The notes: a model not told the origin generated them from the letters alone. 64,000 nt of DNA from Gammaproteobacteria bacterium (GCA_047517145.1 JAKZTI010000009.1:818-64817), one strand, 5' to 3'; shown: positions 1 to 13,002, counted from the stretch's first letter. Translations and numbers: made by a program.

Positions 1-97
1 GCTGCATGATCTGTTTGTAATCAGCCTTGCGTTCTTCAATCGGACGATAGGGTTGTTTTACTCTGCCCTCTTCCATGAATCCTGTGATCTTACCCAT
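1..97 (-). CDS. gltD: glutamate synthase small subunit, N-terminal 32 codons only (gene runs off window start)
   Basis: Reverse-complement of 1-97 reads [32 protein letters not shown]..., a typical GltD N-terminus. The ATG at 97 overlaps the gltB stop by 8 nt. Confidence 0.7.
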   Translation of the reverse strand, partial: MGKITGFMEEGRVKQPYRPIEERKADYKQIMQ

Positions 98-3000
98 GAG
101 CGGCCTCCATCACTGCATCGTCTTCCGAGGTGCCTTCTGCCCGGGCCTTTTTGATGGCGGCCAATACGCGTTTGTAATCCTTCGGCATGACTTTAATAAA
201 TTTAGACTGGTATTTACTCCAGTGATCCAGGATGTTCCTTGCTACCGTACTCTGTGTGTAATCAATGTGTTTAGTCAGTAATGTTTTTACTATTATTAAA
301 TCTTCTTCTTCTTCAAGCGCATCCAGATCGACCATGCCCTGATTACAGAGGATCTTGAAGTCTTTTTTGTCTGCCAATACATAGGCAATGCCGCCCGACA
401 TACCTGCACCAAAGTTTCTGCCTGTCGAGCCAATGATGATCACACGACCGGCGGTCATATATTCACAACCGTGATCACCAATACCTTCGACCACGGCATT
501 GACGCCACTGTTACGTACAGCGAAGCGTTCACCGGCCATGCCACGAATATAAACTTCACCTGCGGTGGCACCATAGAGACAGACATTACCGACAATAATA
601 TTTTCTTCCGGGACAAAGGTGGAATGTCTTGGTGGGAAGACTGTGATCTTGCCCCCGGACAGTCCCTTACCAAGGTAGTCATTGGCATCGCCTTCCAGCG
701 TCATGGTTACACCTTTCGGCACGAAGGCACCGAAGCTCATGCCTGCCGATCCGTTGAAGTGGGCATTCACTGTATCTTCTGGCAAGCCTTCTGCGCCATA
801 CTTTTTGGTGATGTGATAACCGAGGATGGTACCGACGGTACGGTTGGTATTCAGCACCGGTAAGATAATATCCACAGGCTTTTTATCTTCCAGTGCGTCC
901 TTACATAAGGGCACCAGTGTCTTCACGTCCAGTGATTTTTCCAGACCATGATCTTGTTTATTCACGCAATACAGACCGGTCCCTGCATGCGGTTCTGGCT
1001 TATAAAGAATATTGGTGAAGTCCAGGCCCTCTGCCTTCCAGTGATTAATGGCTTTTCTGGTTTTAATCTTATCGACCTGTCCGATCATTTCATTGATGGT
1101 TCTAAATCCTAATTCAGCCATGTATTCACGCACTTCTTCAGCAATATATTTGAAGAAAGTTTCAACAAACTCTGGTTGGCCTGCGAATTTCTTACGCAGC
1201 TCCGGATTCTGGGTGGCGACACCGACGGGACAGGTATTCAGATGACAGACGCGCATCATGATACAGCCCATGACCACCAGCGGTGCAGTTGAGAATCCGT
1301 ATTCTTCAGCGCCGAGCAAGGTCGCAATCACCACATCGCGTCCGGTTTTTAACTGACCATCGGTTTGCACCACAATACGGTCACGCAGGCCATTCTCAAC
1401 CAGTACCTGTTGTGTTTCGGCCAGGCCTAATTCCCATGGCAGACCAGCGTGTTTCAGTGAACTCACGGGCGATGCACCGGTGCCGCCGTCATAACCTGAG
1501 ATCAGCACCACATCAGAATGAGCCTTGGCCACACCTGCGGCCACCGTACCAACACCAACTTCTGCCACCAGCTTCACATGGATACGCGCCTCTGGATTTG
1601 AATTCTTCAGGTCATGAATCAACTGCGCCAGATCTTCAATGGAATAAATATCATGGTGTGGTGGTGGCGAGATCAAACCCACACCTGCGGTTGAATGACG
1701 AACCTTGGCAATCCATGGATAAACTTTGGTGCCCGGTAACTGCCCGCCTTCACCCGGCTTGGCACCCTGTGCCATTTTAATTTGCAGATCATCGGCATTC
1801 ACCAGATATTCGCTGGTAACGCCGAAACGACCGGAAGCCACTTGCTTGACCGCGCTTCTTCTCAGATCACCATTTTCATCCGGGGTAAAACGTTTCGGAT
1901 CTTCACCGCCTTCACCAGTATTTGATTTACCGCCGATGCGGTTCATGGCAATGGCCAATGTTTCATGTGCTTCACTACTGATGGAACCGTAAGACATGGC
2001 GCCGGTTGAAAAGCGTTTCATGATGTTTTCAATCGGTTCGACTTCTTCCAGTGGAATCGATTGATCTGTCTTGAATTCAAACAGCCCTCGCAAGGTTGCC
2101 AGGTTTTCATTTTGATCATTTACCAGTGAGGTGTATTCCTTAAAGATATCGTACTGACCGGAACGTGTTGCATGTTGTAACTTGAAAACTGTATCTGGAT
2201 TGAACAGATGATATTCACCATCACGACGCCACTGATATTCTCCGCCCCATTCCAGATCGGGTTTCTTGACCTGTCTTTCAGGGAAGGCATTGTAATGATG
2301 CAAACTGTTTTCCCTGGCAACTTCTTTCAGACCGATACCGCCGATGCGTGACGCGGTCCAGGTAAAATATTTATCGACGAATTCCTTGTTCAGGCCAATG
2401 GCTTCAAATATCTGTGCACCACGATAGGACTGCACTGTTGAGATACCCATCTTGGCCATGGTCTTGGTCAGACCCTTATTCACTGCCTTGATGAAATTTT
2501 TCACTGCCTTATCATGCGACATCTCAGGCACAAGACCTTTGCCGATGAGGTCAGCCAGTGATTCAAAGGCAAGGTATGGATTCACCGCGCCGACACCAAA
2601 ACCAAGCAACACAGCAAAATGATGCACTTCTCTGGGTTCACCAGACTCAAGAACAAGACCGACCTTGGTTCTCGAACCGACGCGAATCAAATGATGGTGA
2701 ACGCCCGCTACCGCTAATAATGCTGGTATTGCTGCCTTGTTCTCATCAAGTCCACGATCAGAAAGAATAATGTTGGTGAAACCACCTTCAATGGCAGTAT
2801 CAATTTCTGCGCAGATGTCTTTCAGTGCCTTATCCAGCCCGGCTTCGCCATCAGCAACCGGATATAAGATTTCAACGACCTTGGTTTTCAATCCCGGCAG
2901 ATCCATATCGCGGATACGTGCCAATTCATCATTTGTCAGGACAGGTGAGCTTAGTTTTACCTGCCGACAACTTTCCGGGGTGGGTTTTAACAGATTGCCT

Positions 3001-4664
3001 TCAGGGCCAATGGTAGTCGCCACCTGTGTCACCAGCTCTTCACGGATACCATCCAGCGGTGGATTGGTGACCTGTGCGAAAAGTTGTTTGAAATAGTCAT
3101 ACAGCAAACGTGACCGATCGGACAAGACGGCGAGTGCGGCATCGGTGCCCATGGAACCGTTGGGTTCCAGGCCATTGGCTGCCATCGGCGCCATCAGTAC
3201 TTTCAGATCTTCGTGGGTATAACCGAAGGCCTGTTGTCTTTGTAATAAGGTTTCGTAATCGGAGCCATAAATCTGTTTCGGGCTGGGTAAATTTTCAACC
3301 GGGACCAGGTTTTCTTTTAACCAGTCTGCATAAGGATGTTCTGTAGCAAATTCTTTCTTCAGTTCTTCGTCATCAATGATGCGACCCTGTTTGGTATCCA
3401 CCATAAATATTCGACCCGGGTGCAGGCGATTTTTTACCAGCACATTTTCAGGTGGGATATCCAGCACCCCGACTTCAGATGCCATCACTACCATGTCATC
3501 TTTGGTCACGTAATAGCGTGAAGGTCTCAGTCCATTACGATCCAGTACCGCACCAATGACATCTCCATCGGTAAACGCAACAGAAGCGGGGCCATCCCAG
3601 GGTTCCATCAAACAGGCATGATATTCATAGAAGGCCTTGCGTTCTGCATCCATGGTTTCATGACCACTCCAGGCTGCCGGGATCATCATCAGGATGGCAT
3701 GTGGCAAAGAACGACCGGTCATGTGTAAAAATTCCATGGCATTATCGAAGATTGCTGAATCACTGCCGCCTTCAATGACAATGGGAAATAAATTTTTCAG
3801 ATCATCGCCAAACAATTCTGATTCACACAGTGATTCACGCGCACGCATCCAGTTGCTGTTACCACGGCAGGTATTAATCTCGCCGTTATGTGCAATGTAT
3901 CTGAAAGGATGGGCCAGTTTCCATTCAGGAAATGTGTTGGTAGAGAAACGTTGATGCACCAGTGCCAATGCAGATTCGAAATCCGGTTCATTAATATCCG
4001 GAAACATGGCTTCGATCTGATATCCGGTGAGCATACCTTTATACAGACATGTCCTGTAGGACAGTGAAGGCACATAAAATTTATCCTGTTCAGTTAAGTC
4101 TGAGTTCCATATGGCATGCTCAGCTAGCTTGCGTATGACATAAAGCTTTCTTTCGAAGCTTGCTTCATCTTTTATATCATCACTACGTCCAATAAATATT
4201 TGTTTAAATGTCGGTTCACCCATCAGGGCTGTTGGGCCAAGTGCAGAATCATCTGTAGGAACATCCCTCCAGCCCAGGACTTTCTGGCCTTCTTCTGTCA
4301 CTATCTTCTCGAGTATTTTTTGACATTGCTTTGACTGTTTAGAATCAGTTGGCAGAAAAATCATGCCTGCACCGTAGTGGCCATATTCGGGTAATTCGAT
4401 ATTGAGTTCTTTACATACACGAAGGAAAAATTTATGCGGCGTCTGGACTATTATGCCAACACCGTCACCGGTATTTTCTTCGCAGCCACAGGCACCACGA
4501 TGGATCAGATTTTTGAGGATTGTCATGGCGTTGGTGACAATCTTGTGGGACTTGCGCCCCTTGATATCAACGACAAAACCAACACCACATGAATCATGTT
4601 CATAAGCAGGATCGTATAGGCCCTGTGTTGGAGGTGTGGGTATTGATTGATTGTTTTTTTGCAT
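90..4664 (-). CDS. gltB: glutamate synthase (NADPH) large subunit
   Basis: 1545-aa ORF with an N-terminal Cys nucleophile context (HDSCGVGF), amidotransferase, FMN and GXGXG domains. Start chosen at MQKNNQS (ATG at 4664) rather than the ORF-track start at 4727. Confidence 0.93.
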   Translation of the reverse strand: MQKNNQSIPTPPTQGLYDPAYEHDSCGVGFVVDIKGRKSHKIVTNAMTILKNLIHRGACGCEENTGDGVGIIVQTPHKFFLRVCKELNIELPEYGHYGAGMIFLPTDSKQSKQCQKILEKIVTEEGQKVLGWRDVPTDDSALGPTALMGEPTFKQIFIGRSDDIKDEASFERKLYVIRKLAEHAIWNSDLTEQDKFYVPSLSYRTCLYKGMLTGYQIEAMFPDINEPDFESALALVHQRFSTNTFPEWKLAHPFRYIAHNGEINTCRGNSNWMRARESLCESELFGDDLKNLFPIVIEGGSDSAIFDNAMEFLHMTGRSLPHAILMMIPAAWSGHETMDAERKAFYEYHACLMEPWDGPASVAFTDGDVIGAVLDRNGLRPSRYYVTKDDMVVMASEVGVLDIPPENVLVKNRLHPGRIFMVDTKQGRIIDDEELKKEFATEHPYADWLKENLVPVENLPSPKQIYGSDYETLLQRQQAFGYTHEDLKVLMAPMAANGLEPNGSMGTDAALAVLSDRSRLLYDYFKQLFAQVTNPPLDGIREELVTQVATTIGPEGNLLKPTPESCRQVKLSSPVLTNDELARIRDMDLPGLKTKVVEILYPVADGEAGLDKALKDICAEIDTAIEGGFTNIILSDRGLDENKAAIPALLAVAGVHHHLIRVGSRTKVGLVLESGEPREVHHFAVLLGFGVGAVNPYLAFESLADLIGKGLVPEMSHDKAVKNFIKAVNKGLTKTMAKMGISTVQSYRGAQIFEAIGLNKEFVDKYFTWTASRIGGIGLKEVARENSLHHYNAFPERQVKKPDLEWGGEYQWRRDGEYHLFNPDTVFKLQHATRSGQYDIFKEYTSLVNDQNENLATLRGLFEFKTDQSIPLEEVEPIENIMKRFSTGAMSYGSISSEAHETLAIAMNRIGGKSNTGEGGEDPKRFTPDENGDLRRSAVKQVASGRFGVTSEYLVNADDLQIKMAQGAKPGEGGQLPGTKVYPWIAKVRHSTAGVGLISPPPHHDIYSIEDLAQLIHDLKNSNPEARIHVKLVAEVGVGTVAAGVAKAHSDVVLISGYDGGTGASPVSSLKHAGLPWELGLAETQQVLVENGLRDRIVVQTDGQLKTGRDVVIATLLGAEEYGFSTAPLVVMGCIMMRVCHLNTCPVGVATQNPELRKKFAGQPEFVETFFKYIAEEVREYMAELGFRTINEMIGQVDKIKTRKAINHWKAEGLDFTNILYKPEPHAGTGLYCVNKQDHGLEKSLDVKTLVPLCKDALEDKKPVDIILPVLNTNRTVGTILGYHITKKYGAEGLPEDTVNAHFNGSAGMSFGAFVPKGVTMTLEGDANDYLGKGLSGGKITVFPPRHSTFVPEENIIVGNVCLYGATAGEVYIRGMAGERFAVRNSGVNAVVEGIGDHGCEYMTAGRVIIIGSTGRNFGAGMSGGIAYVLADKKDFKILCNQGMVDLDALEEEEDLIIVKTLLTKHIDYTQSTVARNILDHWSKYQSKFIKVMPKDYKRVLAAIKKARAEGTSEDDAVMEAAHG

Positions 4665-4976
4665 TCGGTATTTCGTCAATTTTATGAGTAGTGACCTATG
4701 TGTTAATGGGCCGCGCCCTAAATACACGCTTATCGCGATCCCGGCCCCATGTAATTATTATTATTTTTACTACGAAGACCAGGTTTCCTGGCCAGCTGCT
4801 ACCTGCCTGGCTAATCTTCAGGCGGCCGGTAATTATAGTGCTGATTCGGTATTTTGTCACGGTGCAACATAGGAAAAATGGTAGATTCAGGGGAGCTATC
4901 GACGGGCGTTTGTAATAGTTAACTAGTTGATTTTAATAGTAATATAAGAATTTTTAGTTGATTATGAGCATATTTT

Positions 4977-6110
4977 TCATTGGCTGATTCGTTCGCACTC
5001 AGTAAATGCAAATCTGTCTGTCATCCCGGCAATATAGTCAGCAATGACCCTTGCCCGGCCCTGTTCGCCCAGCTCAGCTTCGTGCGCTCCGATATTTATC
5101 TGCACCTCTTCTGGCAATAATGCTGGCACCGACATAAACCCATCAAACAGTTGTCGGATCACCTGCTTTGCTTCTTCACTCATCTTTTCTACTTTTGGAT
5201 GTTTATACAGATGTTTATTGAGAAAACGTTTTAATTCCAGATTCTCTGCGGCAACATCATCACTCAAACCTATCATAGGTTTTCCCGCAGCCCGAACATC
5301 ATGGATCGTTGATGGATTTAGCGATTTGATATTTACCTGACTATTGACGATAAGATCACTCACCAGCGTATTAATCATGCGGCGTATCACTTCATGGATC
5401 ATTCTTTTATTAGATAAACTTGGCCACTTTTTGGTGACCACCGTCAGCTCATTGGAGAACAATTCACATTCTGCCAACTGCTCAAAGGTAATCAATCCTG
5501 CTCGCAAACCATCATCAACATCATGATTGTTGTAGGCGATCTGATCAGCAATGTCTGCCACCTGCGCTTCCAGACCCGGTTGTAATCCATCCAGAAACCG
5601 CTGCCCTATCGCGCCTAACTCTTTGGCCTTGCTACGAGAACAATGCTTGAGTATGCCTTCCCTGGTTTCATACATCAGGTTCAAACCGGTAAACTCCGCA
5701 TACTTCTCTTCAAGTACATCAACGACCCTCAGGGATTGCAGGTTGTGTTCGAAGCCACCGAAATCCTTCATACAAAGATTGAGTTCATCCTGTCCGGCAT
5801 GGCCAAAAGGTGTATGACCAAGATCATGTGCCAGACAAACGGCTTCTGTTAAATCTTCATTGAGTTGTAATGCACGGCTGATGGTGCGTCCAATCTGGGC
5901 GACCTCAATGGAATGGGTCAAACGTGTACGGAACATATCCCCGACATGATTGACGAATACCTGGGTTTTATATTCCAGTCTGCGAAATGCTGAGGAATGC
6001 ACGACGCGATCGCGATCTCTCTGGAACTGGTTACGATGGGAAGGCTCTGATTCCTGAAACTCGCGCCCTAAAGAATTTTCTTCACTGGCCGCATAGCATG
6101 CCAGCTTCAT
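4977..6110 (-). CDS. dgt: dGTPase-like deoxynucleoside triphosphate triphosphohydrolase (HD domain)
   Basis: 377 aa with an HD-domain motif ([10 protein letters not shown]) and dGTP triphosphohydrolase-like architecture. Confidence 0.8.
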   Translation of the reverse strand: MKLACYAASEENSLGREFQESEPSHRNQFQRDRDRVVHSSAFRRLEYKTQVFVNHVGDMFRTRLTHSIEVAQIGRTISRALQLNEDLTEAVCLAHDLGHTPFGHAGQDELNLCMKDFGGFEHNLQSLRVVDVLEEKYAEFTGLNLMYETREGILKHCSRSKAKELGAIGQRFLDGLQPGLEAQVADIADQIAYNNHDVDDGLRAGLITFEQLAECELFSNELTVVTKKWPSLSNKRMIHEVIRRMINTLVSDLIVNSQVNIKSLNPSTIHDVRAAGKPMIGLSDDVAAENLELKRFLNKHLYKHPKVEKMSEEAKQVIRQLFDGFMSVPALLPEEVQINIGAHEAELGEQGRARVIADYIAGMTDRFAFTECERISQ

Positions 6111-6111
6111 T

Positions 6112-7203
6112 TTACCTCTCCCTATTTGAGGAAAAGTGGCGTAATGTTTCCATTAATAAGTCTTCATCAAATTCATCTGTGACCACAGCTTCACCAATGC
6201 CTTTTAACAGGATCAAAAATAACACACCATCTTTCGCTTTTTTATCGACAGACATTATCTCGCGCATCTTTTCCGGAACTAAGTTGTCAGGTAATGTCAC
6301 AGGCAAATTTAATTTAACCAATATGCTTTCTATACGTTCTGTATCTTCTTCTGTAATCCAGCCTAGTCGATGGGAAAGATCTGCTGCCATCAGCATGCCC
6401 AGGGCAATGGCCTCTCCATGTAACCATGTTCCATAACCAAGACCTGTCTCAATGGCATGGCCAAAGGTATGACCCAGATTGAGTATTGCACGAACGCCAG
6501 ACTCCTTTTCGTCTTCTGCTACAACTTCTGCCTTGTTTCTACAGGACTGTTCAATAACATGTGCAAGCGCTTCTGTTTCGCGAATTACTAATCGATCTAT
6601 ATTCTGTTCTAACCAGTCGAAAAATTTTGCATCTCTGATCAGTCCATACTTAACGACCTCGGCAAGTCCTGCACTGACTTCTCTATCACCAAGTGTGTCT
6701 AATACAGAGGTATCAGCGATCACGGCTTGAGGTTGATGGAATGCACCGATCATGTTTTTGCCCGCGGCATGATTAACACCGGTTTTACCACCTACCGATG
6801 AATCTACCTGTGCCAGGACAGTCGTGGGTATTTGAATATAATCTATACCACGTTGATAACAGGCCGCAGCGAAACCGGTAATGTCTCCGACAACACCGCC
6901 GCCTAACGCAACCAGGCAGCTGTTTCTACTAAATCGTTTTTCCAGCAATGCAGTAATAATGTCATTAACTGAATCCAGTGTTTTATATTGTTCACCATCG
7001 GCAAGAATCACTGAAGCAACATCAAACTTTTTCAAGGACTGCATGACTTTGTCCAGGTATAAAGGTGCAACCGTTGTATTGCTTACAACCATCACTTGTT
7101 TAGACTTGATATTATCAGAGAATAAAATTTCTTTACCAAGCAGGCCATTGCCTGCGTAGATTGGATAACTTCGTTCGCCTAGTTCTACGATTATTTTTTT
7201 CAT
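6112..7203 (-). CDS. aroB: 3-dehydroquinate synthase
   Basis: 363 aa with a Gly-rich NAD-binding loop (GGGVVGD) and metal-binding His residues. Lies in the conserved aroK-aroB arrangement. Confidence 0.92.
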   Translation of the reverse strand: MKKIIVELGERSYPIYAGNGLLGKEILFSDNIKSKQVMVVSNTTVAPLYLDKVMQSLKKFDVASVILADGEQYKTLDSVNDIITALLEKRFSRNSCLVALGGGVVGDITGFAAACYQRGIDYIQIPTTVLAQVDSSVGGKTGVNHAAGKNMIGAFHQPQAVIADTSVLDTLGDREVSAGLAEVVKYGLIRDAKFFDWLEQNIDRLVIRETEALAHVIEQSCRNKAEVVAEDEKESGVRAILNLGHTFGHAIETGLGYGTWLHGEAIALGMLMAADLSHRLGWITEEDTERIESILVKLNLPVTLPDNLVPEKMREIMSVDKKAKDGVLFLILLKGIGEAVVTDEFDEDLLMETLRHFSSNRER

Positions 7204-7211
7204 TTATTTTA

Positions 7212-7721
7212 TTATTCAACCGACATTATCTTCGCAATTATATCATTGATAGAAAGCTCCGCTGTATCTATAACCATATCGGCAACTTCTCCATATAATG
7301 GTCCACGTGTTTCAAGTAATTCTCTGAGGACAGCTTCTGGTTCAGTATTCTGTAGCAAAGGTCTTTTACTGTCTCTGGAGGTTCTTTTTAATAATTGATT
7401 GATATCTGATTTAAGATAGACCACAAACCCTCTTGCTGAAAGACGTGTCCTGTTTTCCTTATCCAGTACTGCACCACCGCCTGTTGCCAACACTATATTG
7501 GACATCGATGTCAGCTCATCTAATAATCGTGTTTCTCTCTTGCGGAAACCTTCTTCACCTTCTATTTCGAAGATAAGATTAATTGATGCACCGGTGCGGT
7601 TTTCAATCTCACGATCACAGTCATAAAATTGCTGCGATGATTCCTTCGCCAGTTTTCTTCCAACAGTCGACTTGCCAGTACCCATTGGCCCAATCAGAAA
7701 TATATTAGAGCTAGATTTCAA
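7212..7721 (-). CDS. aroK: shikimate kinase
   Basis: 169 aa with Walker A (GPMGTGKST) and a shikimate kinase fold. Sits upstream of aroB as in many gammaproteobacteria. Confidence 0.92.
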   Translation of the reverse strand: MKSSSNIFLIGPMGTGKSTVGRKLAKESSQQFYDCDREIENRTGASINLIFEIEGEEGFRKRETRLLDELTSMSNIVLATGGGAVLDKENRTRLSARGFVVYLKSDINQLLKRTSRDSKRPLLQNTEPEAVLRELLETRGPLYGEVADMVIDTAELSINDIIAKIMSVE

Positions 7722-7811
7722 AACAACGGTTTACCTATGCTGATTACCGGATTTTGGTAATGTTTAGATTAGAAGCAAAATAATATGCCAAGGATAAATC
7801 ATGAGCAGAAA

Positions 7812-7850
7812 ATAAAAAAGGATGTGGCATAGGTGCCACATCCTTTTTCA
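7812..7850. terminator. bidirectional rho-independent terminator downstream of pilQ
   Basis: Perfect 15-bp stem (AAAAAGGATGTGGCA / TGCCACATCCTTTTT) with loop TAGG, flanked by A-runs and T-runs on both sides. It sits between the pilQ stop and the aroK start. Confidence 0.75.
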
Positions 7851-7875
7851 AAGAAATATATAAAATTGTTAGGCG

Positions 7876-9943
7876 TTATATATTGACATTTTCTCCCAGA
7901 ATCTTTGGTGTAACAAAGATAAGGAGTTCAGTTTTCGTACTCTCATCAGATGTACGTTTAAACAAAAACCCCAGGTAGGGTAAATCTCCAAAGAAAGGTA
8001 TCCTTTCTGTATTCTTGTTAGATGTCGTTCCGTATATACCTCCCAGTACCACCGTTTCGCCATTATCTACCATGACCTGTGTTCCAACATTCTGAGTATT
8101 AATGGTAGGAATACCACCGGCTACAGCTGCCCCCTGGGTATCCTGATTGACCTGTAAATCAAGCAATATCTTGTTATCAGGTGTAATCTGCGGTGTTACT
8201 CTCAAGGACAATACAGCTTTCTTGAACGATACTGTTGTCGCACCACTTGATGATGCTTCAGTGTAAGGTATCCTCGACACCTGACTCGATAATAGCTTCT
8301 CGCTGGTTAGTTGTAATAACTTTTGGACTGGCAATATTTTCACCTCGCCCTTCTGCAAGTAAGGCAGAAAGTTCTAACTGCAACAACCATGATCCTACTT
8401 TACCGACTGCAAGACCTATTGCGCCAGCATCTGCTGCGGTTACGGGTAAATCTACAATGAGATTTTCTACATCATCAACGTTAAAAGATGTTGGTGTAGC
8501 AAATTCTGTAGTAATACCTTCTTTACCACCACCTACTGTCCTAATGCCACCATTCACTGCAAAAAGAGATTTAGCGGCACCAAAACGCACACCTATGTCC
8601 TTGGCAAAAGTCTCATCCGCATTGACAATCCTTGATTCGATAAGCACTTGCCTGACCGGAACATCCAGCTTGGCGATCATTTCTCTCACACTCTGCAGAC
8701 TTTTAGCGACATCCTGAACAATCAAGGTATTGGTTCGAGCGTCAATCGTCACGGTACCGCGATCTGTTAATAAACTGTTCTCATCGGCACTGATCAAAGC
8801 AGCCAGTTCATCAGCCTTGGCGTAATTTATTTGCATGAATTCAGTGCGCATTGGGGCAAGTTCATCAACCTGTTTATTAGCTTCAAGCTCAAGTTTTTCA
8901 CGTGCTGCGATCTCTGCATTTGGCGCAACCATGATGACATTATCAATCTGTCTCATGCCCAGACCTTTTGCCTTCAGAATAATATCCAGGGCCTGATCCC
9001 AGGGTACATTCTTCAATCGTAAGGTCACGTTACCGCCAACAGTGTCACTGGCGACCATGTTCAGTCCTGTAAAATCAGCAATCAACTGTAACACTGCGCG
9101 TACTTCGATATCCTGAAAGTTCAGAGATAAACGCTCTCCGGTGAAGCCCACCTGCTCTTTTCTGGCCTCCTGCTCTTCTTCGTCCAGGGTCCGTACTTCA
9201 ACAACAAACGTATTGTCTGACTGATATGCCAGGTATTCATAGTCATCACTAATTGTTGATATCAGCATCCGTGTTCCACTATTACTTGCCTTTGTATCAA
9301 TCTCCTTAACGGGTGTTGCAAAATCAATAACATCGAGCTTTCTATCCAGTTCACCAGGAAGCCCGGCACCTATAAAATCAAGTACAATATTGCCACCTAT
9401 CTGATTCATATCCACACTAATTGAAGGATCAGACAAGGTGATAACAACTCTACCTTCACCATCATCACCCCTTCTAAAGTCGATGCCTTCCACCATGAAA
9501 CCTGTATCGCTGGTATAAGCACCAGTTGTCCCAGCTGAGCTTGCTACAACGCTGCTCGATACATCGCCAGCCAGCGTTACCGTTACTGTGCTGCCCTGAA
9601 CTTCGATATCATATCCTACGGATTTGACAAGATTCAGCACAACTCTAGTTCTGCCTGCTGCCTCTACTGCAGAAACACTATGCGCCACACCAACATCTAT
9701 TGACTGGTTTTTGGTGACATCACCAAGGGTAGTATTTGGAAAGTCCAATGCGATCCTTGCAGGATTATCGATAGTGAAACTCAGCGGTTCATCCTGTAAG
9801 GGTTCCGATAGCTCAATTTGTAATTGAACTCTTTCACCTGGCAAGACTGAATAACTGATATCGTCCAGTGTCGCTGCTTGTGTTAGAGCAAAAACACACA
9901 TTAAACCGAAAATAGTTACGATATGACCGAGTCGATTTATCAT
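7876..9943 (-). CDS. pilQ: type IV pilus secretin PilQ; reading frame interrupted by an apparent 1-nt insertion near 8275-8282 (two ORF fragments, 8258..10015 and 7876..8358)
   Basis: The N-terminal fragment carries a signal peptide (MINRLGHIVTIFGLMCVFALTQA), AMIN/N0 domains and the start of the secretin domain. The C-terminal fragment (VLSLRVTPQITPDNKILLDLQVNQDTQG...) is the conserved secretin C-terminus in a different frame. Joining the frames restores the expected ...IESGVE-IPYTEASSSGATT... sequence. Start set to the second Met after the basic n-region. Confidence 0.85.
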
Positions 9944-10011
9944 CACCTGTCCACCCCTAGTATTACTGTTAATATTATTCGCAGTCATCATCATGCCACC
10001 CCAGATTCTAA

Positions 10012-10581
10012 TCATTCTATTTCAACCAGCGCAATTGCTGCCTGACGTTCTTCCCAGCGTCCCTGACTATTCCTGACGATCTCCCTGACCTCTATCCTGT
10101 CTTCAAAAACATTCAGCACTTTTCCTGTATTACGTCCCATATAATTTCCAACGCGGATCCTATGTACAGCACCATCAGGATCCTGAATAATTCCCCAATT
10201 GGTTTCTCCATTATCCATCGTGCCAACCATACGCAGACTGTCCAGTTCGTATTGCTCTAGCTCTTCCTTGTTCCGGTTCCTTAACTCGTCTTCCATTTCT
10301 TTTGTTAAACCACCACTTTCACTTTCTTCTGCCAGCGATACTTCATCAGCCTGGTAAAAAAGTCTAAACGGATCACGTGCATCCTGTTCTGCAGATTGAT
10401 AGGCATATGCCTCATAGGGCTTAATCTCAGGTAAAGGCTCAATTCTGCCTCCCGGTCTCGCCAATATTTCTGCTATGTAGTTATCCAAATCGCTGGTATC
10501 AGTCGAAACACAGCTACCCAAAACCAGAAAGGTAGACACCAGGCCTGTTATCCAAATGACCTTCATACGAAACACAGCCAT
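10012..10581 (-). CDS. pilP: type IV pilus assembly lipoprotein PilP
   Basis: 189 aa with a lipoprotein signal (LVLGSC). Position and size match PilP; the TAATG overlap with the pilO stop suggests translational coupling; GGAGG SD 7 nt upstream. Confidence 0.85.
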   Translation of the reverse strand: MAVFRMKVIWITGLVSTFLVLGSCVSTDTSDLDNYIAEILARPGGRIEPLPEIKPYEAYAYQSAEQDARDPFRLFYQADEVSLAEESESGGLTKEMEDELRNRNKEELEQYELDSLRMVGTMDNGETNWGIIQDPDGAVHRIRVGNYMGRNTGKVLNVFEDRIEVREIVRNSQGRWEERQAAIALVEIE

Positions 10582-11183
10582 TATGATTCCTCCTCGTCTT
10601 CGTCCAAAGCTCGGTAAGTCTTGGCTGTTGCTGTCATGATCAGCGAACCTTTTTTATTATCTTTCGCTGATTTTGTGATATTGATATCATGAGTTGTCAC
10701 AATTCTGGGTAATGTTGCTATGCCACTGACAAATTCACCGAACTGATGGTATTCACCGACAACCCGAATGGAGATTGGCAACTCTGAATAAAATTCAGCA
10801 GGTTTTTCCTTGCCAGGCTTGAATAGCTCAAAGACCAGCCCTGCAGCAAGCCCTGTTTGTGATATATCAACAATAAGACCTGCAACTTCCGTTTTATCCG
10901 GCAACTGTCTAATCATGTCACCAAACGATTGTTTCATTTCAGCCAGTTGTTCTTTCAGTGCTTCCAGGTTGGCTGCTTTTCTTTGCTTGGTATCAAGGGT
11001 TTGCCTTAACTCAACCTCTTCATTTTCTACCTTCTCGAGTTCCTGTAGTTGTAGCTGCACATCTTTAAGCCAGACACCGTATGCGATACCAGCACAAACC
11101 AAAACAATAATAACGGCTCTTATAGGTAGCGGCCAGGCACCAATATTCTGCGGGTCAAGACTATTGAGTTCATCTAAGGTCAT
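10581..11183 (-). CDS. pilO: type IV pilus assembly protein PilO
   Basis: 200 aa with a single N-terminal TM segment and a coiled coil. Lies in the conserved pilMNOPQ order; start overlaps the pilN stop (ATGA). Confidence 0.85.
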   Translation of the reverse strand: MTLDELNSLDPQNIGAWPLPIRAVIIVLVCAGIAYGVWLKDVQLQLQELEKVENEEVELRQTLDTKQRKAANLEALKEQLAEMKQSFGDMIRQLPDKTEVAGLIVDISQTGLAAGLVFELFKPGKEKPAEFYSELPISIRVVGEYHQFGEFVSGIATLPRIVTTHDINITKSAKDNKKGSLIMTATAKTYRALDEDEEES

Positions 11184-11752
11184 GTGTCATCCTCCTCTTC
11201 ACCAGCCGCTTTAGCTACAACCTGGTTAAAACGCATGGTGAAATTACTCACTCGCTGCCCCTGGGTATCTTTTGCCTCAATCACATCAAGCTGCGGATCC
11301 GCTAACCAATTAGAGGCTTCCAGTTTTCTCATAAACGATGAAACCCTGGCATTTGACTGGGCAACACCATTAATCGTGACTGTTTTACCCTTTTGAGTTA
11401 CAGATTTGAGGCTGACGCCTTCGGGTAAACTGGTAACCAGTTCATCAAAAAGGCGAACAATCAATGGACGGTTACCCTGTAATTGCTCAATGGCTTCAAT
11501 TCGTGCTTTTAATCTTTGTTTTTCTTTTTCGAGACGTTGTATCTCTTCAATTTTCTTATCTAGCTTAACAATTTCAGTATCAAGAGTAGTATTTCGTGAT
11601 AGCTGATAATCGATTCGCTGAGTATTGAAAAAATGAACTGCGCCCCAGACACAAAGCGTTAAAACGACGAACATTCCCACCATCGCATAAAATTGTTGCT
11701 GAAGCTCCTTGCGTAGCTCTTCTCTCCATGGCAGCAGATTAATTTTGGCCAT
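11180..11752 (-). CDS. pilN: type IV pilus assembly protein PilN
   Basis: 190 aa beginning MAKINLLPWRE, the characteristic PilN N-terminus, followed by a TM segment. Confidence 0.88.
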   Translation of the reverse strand: MAKINLLPWREELRKELQQQFYAMVGMFVVLTLCVWGAVHFFNTQRIDYQLSRNTTLDTEIVKLDKKIEEIQRLEKEKQRLKARIEAIEQLQGNRPLIVRLFDELVTSLPEGVSLKSVTQKGKTVTINGVAQSNARVSSFMRKLEASNWLADPQLDVIEAKDTQGQRVSNFTMRFNQVVAKAAGEEEDDT

Positions 11753-12813
11753 TAGTCAAAACTCCTCAGTGCTAATCCACAGGACACCATTAAAGATGGG
11801 GCATCATTACTCAACGCCTGTGCAGGTACCCTTGATGACAAAGACATATTTGCAAATGGATTTGCAATAATTGTTGGAACACCTACTGCTGCCTCAACAA
11901 TTTCTGCTATACCGGCGATAGATGCACAGCCACCCGCGAGTATCAGGTGATCAATTTGCGCAGTTGAGCTGGATGAAAAAAAGAATTGTTGTGCACGGCT
12001 GATTTGCTGAGCCATAGATTCCTTAAATGGCTCTAATACTTCCGGTTCATAGTTGTCTGGTAAACCACCTTGTTTTTTTGCCAAGCCTGCTTCTTCGAAA
12101 GAAAGCCCATATCGGCGCTGAATATCTTCGGTTAACTGGGCACCACCAAAGGCCTGCTCTCTGGAATAAATGATTTTCAGGTTTTCCAATACACTAAACG
12201 TGGTCACCGCAGAGCCTACATCGGCCACCGCAATTACTCGGCCTTCGCCACCGCCAAACAGATCCTCTGCCATCATGGCAACGGTATTTTCCAAAGCAAA
12301 GGCTTCAACATCGACAACCTTTGCCTCCAGACCGCCCACCTCCAGTGCAGCGATTCTCAAATCGACATTCTCACTTCTTGATGCTGCAAGCAGCACATCC
12401 ACTTGAGCCTCATTCCCTTCTGTTGGACCCATAATTTCAAAATCCATACTGACTTCTTCAAGCGGAAACGGAATATATTGATCAGCTTCCAGTTGTATTT
12501 GGCTTTCCATATCATCTTCAGATATATCTGCAGGCATGGTAATTACTTTGGTAATTACTGCAGAACCAGAAACTGCTGCTGCACCATCTTTGATACGCGA
12601 ACCAGATTTTTTTACAGCTTTACCGATTGCCTCTCCGACAGCATCTGTATCAGCAATATTTTTTTCTACAACAGAATTTGCAGGAAGTGGCTCAACAGAG
12701 TAACTTTCAATACGGTATTTGCCGCCGCCGCTCTTACTCAGTTCGAGTAATTTGATTGCAGTCGCAGTAATATCGATACCCAATAGTGGTTTAGACTTTT
12801 TCTTAAAGAACAC
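11752..12813 (-). CDS. pilM: type IV pilus assembly ATPase-like protein PilM (actin-like)
   Basis: 353 aa with the LLGIDI motif in the N-terminal actin-like fold. It is the first gene of the pilMNOPQ operon, divergent from ponA. Confidence 0.88.
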   Translation of the reverse strand: MFFKKKSKPLLGIDITATAIKLLELSKSGGGKYRIESYSVEPLPANSVVEKNIADTDAVGEAIGKAVKKSGSRIKDGAAAVSGSAVITKVITMPADISEDDMESQIQLEADQYIPFPLEEVSMDFEIMGPTEGNEAQVDVLLAASRSENVDLRIAALEVGGLEAKVVDVEAFALENTVAMMAEDLFGGGEGRVIAVADVGSAVTTFSVLENLKIIYSREQAFGGAQLTEDIQRRYGLSFEEAGLAKKQGGLPDNYEPEVLEPFKESMAQQISRAQQFFFSSSSTAQIDHLILAGGCASIAGIAEIVEAAVGVPTIIANPFANMSLSSRVPAQALSNDAPSLMVSCGLALRSFD

Positions 12814-13002
12814 AACTTTTTCCTTTTAGTGTCACAGAGTTATATGCCTTACACATAAATAACATTAAGTACTGTCGCCAACTATAGCCAACGATAACTT
12901 AAAAAACAAATAGTTTTTTACGTTAATTAAAGTATTACATTAATAATTTTTTGAGCTGAAAAAGCCATATATATAGGATAATTCTGAGTTAGACTACACA
13001 AC

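Noticed and set aside
1048-3521. Multiple 60-165-aa plus-strand ORFs inside gltB (e.g. 1283..1780, 2737..3096) and similar antisense ORFs inside pilQ, ponA, priA, the DUF1538 gene and others
   Set aside because: They lie entirely antisense within long, clearly conserved genes and have low-complexity Ser/Pro/Arg-rich translations with no motifs. They are typical shadow ORFs.
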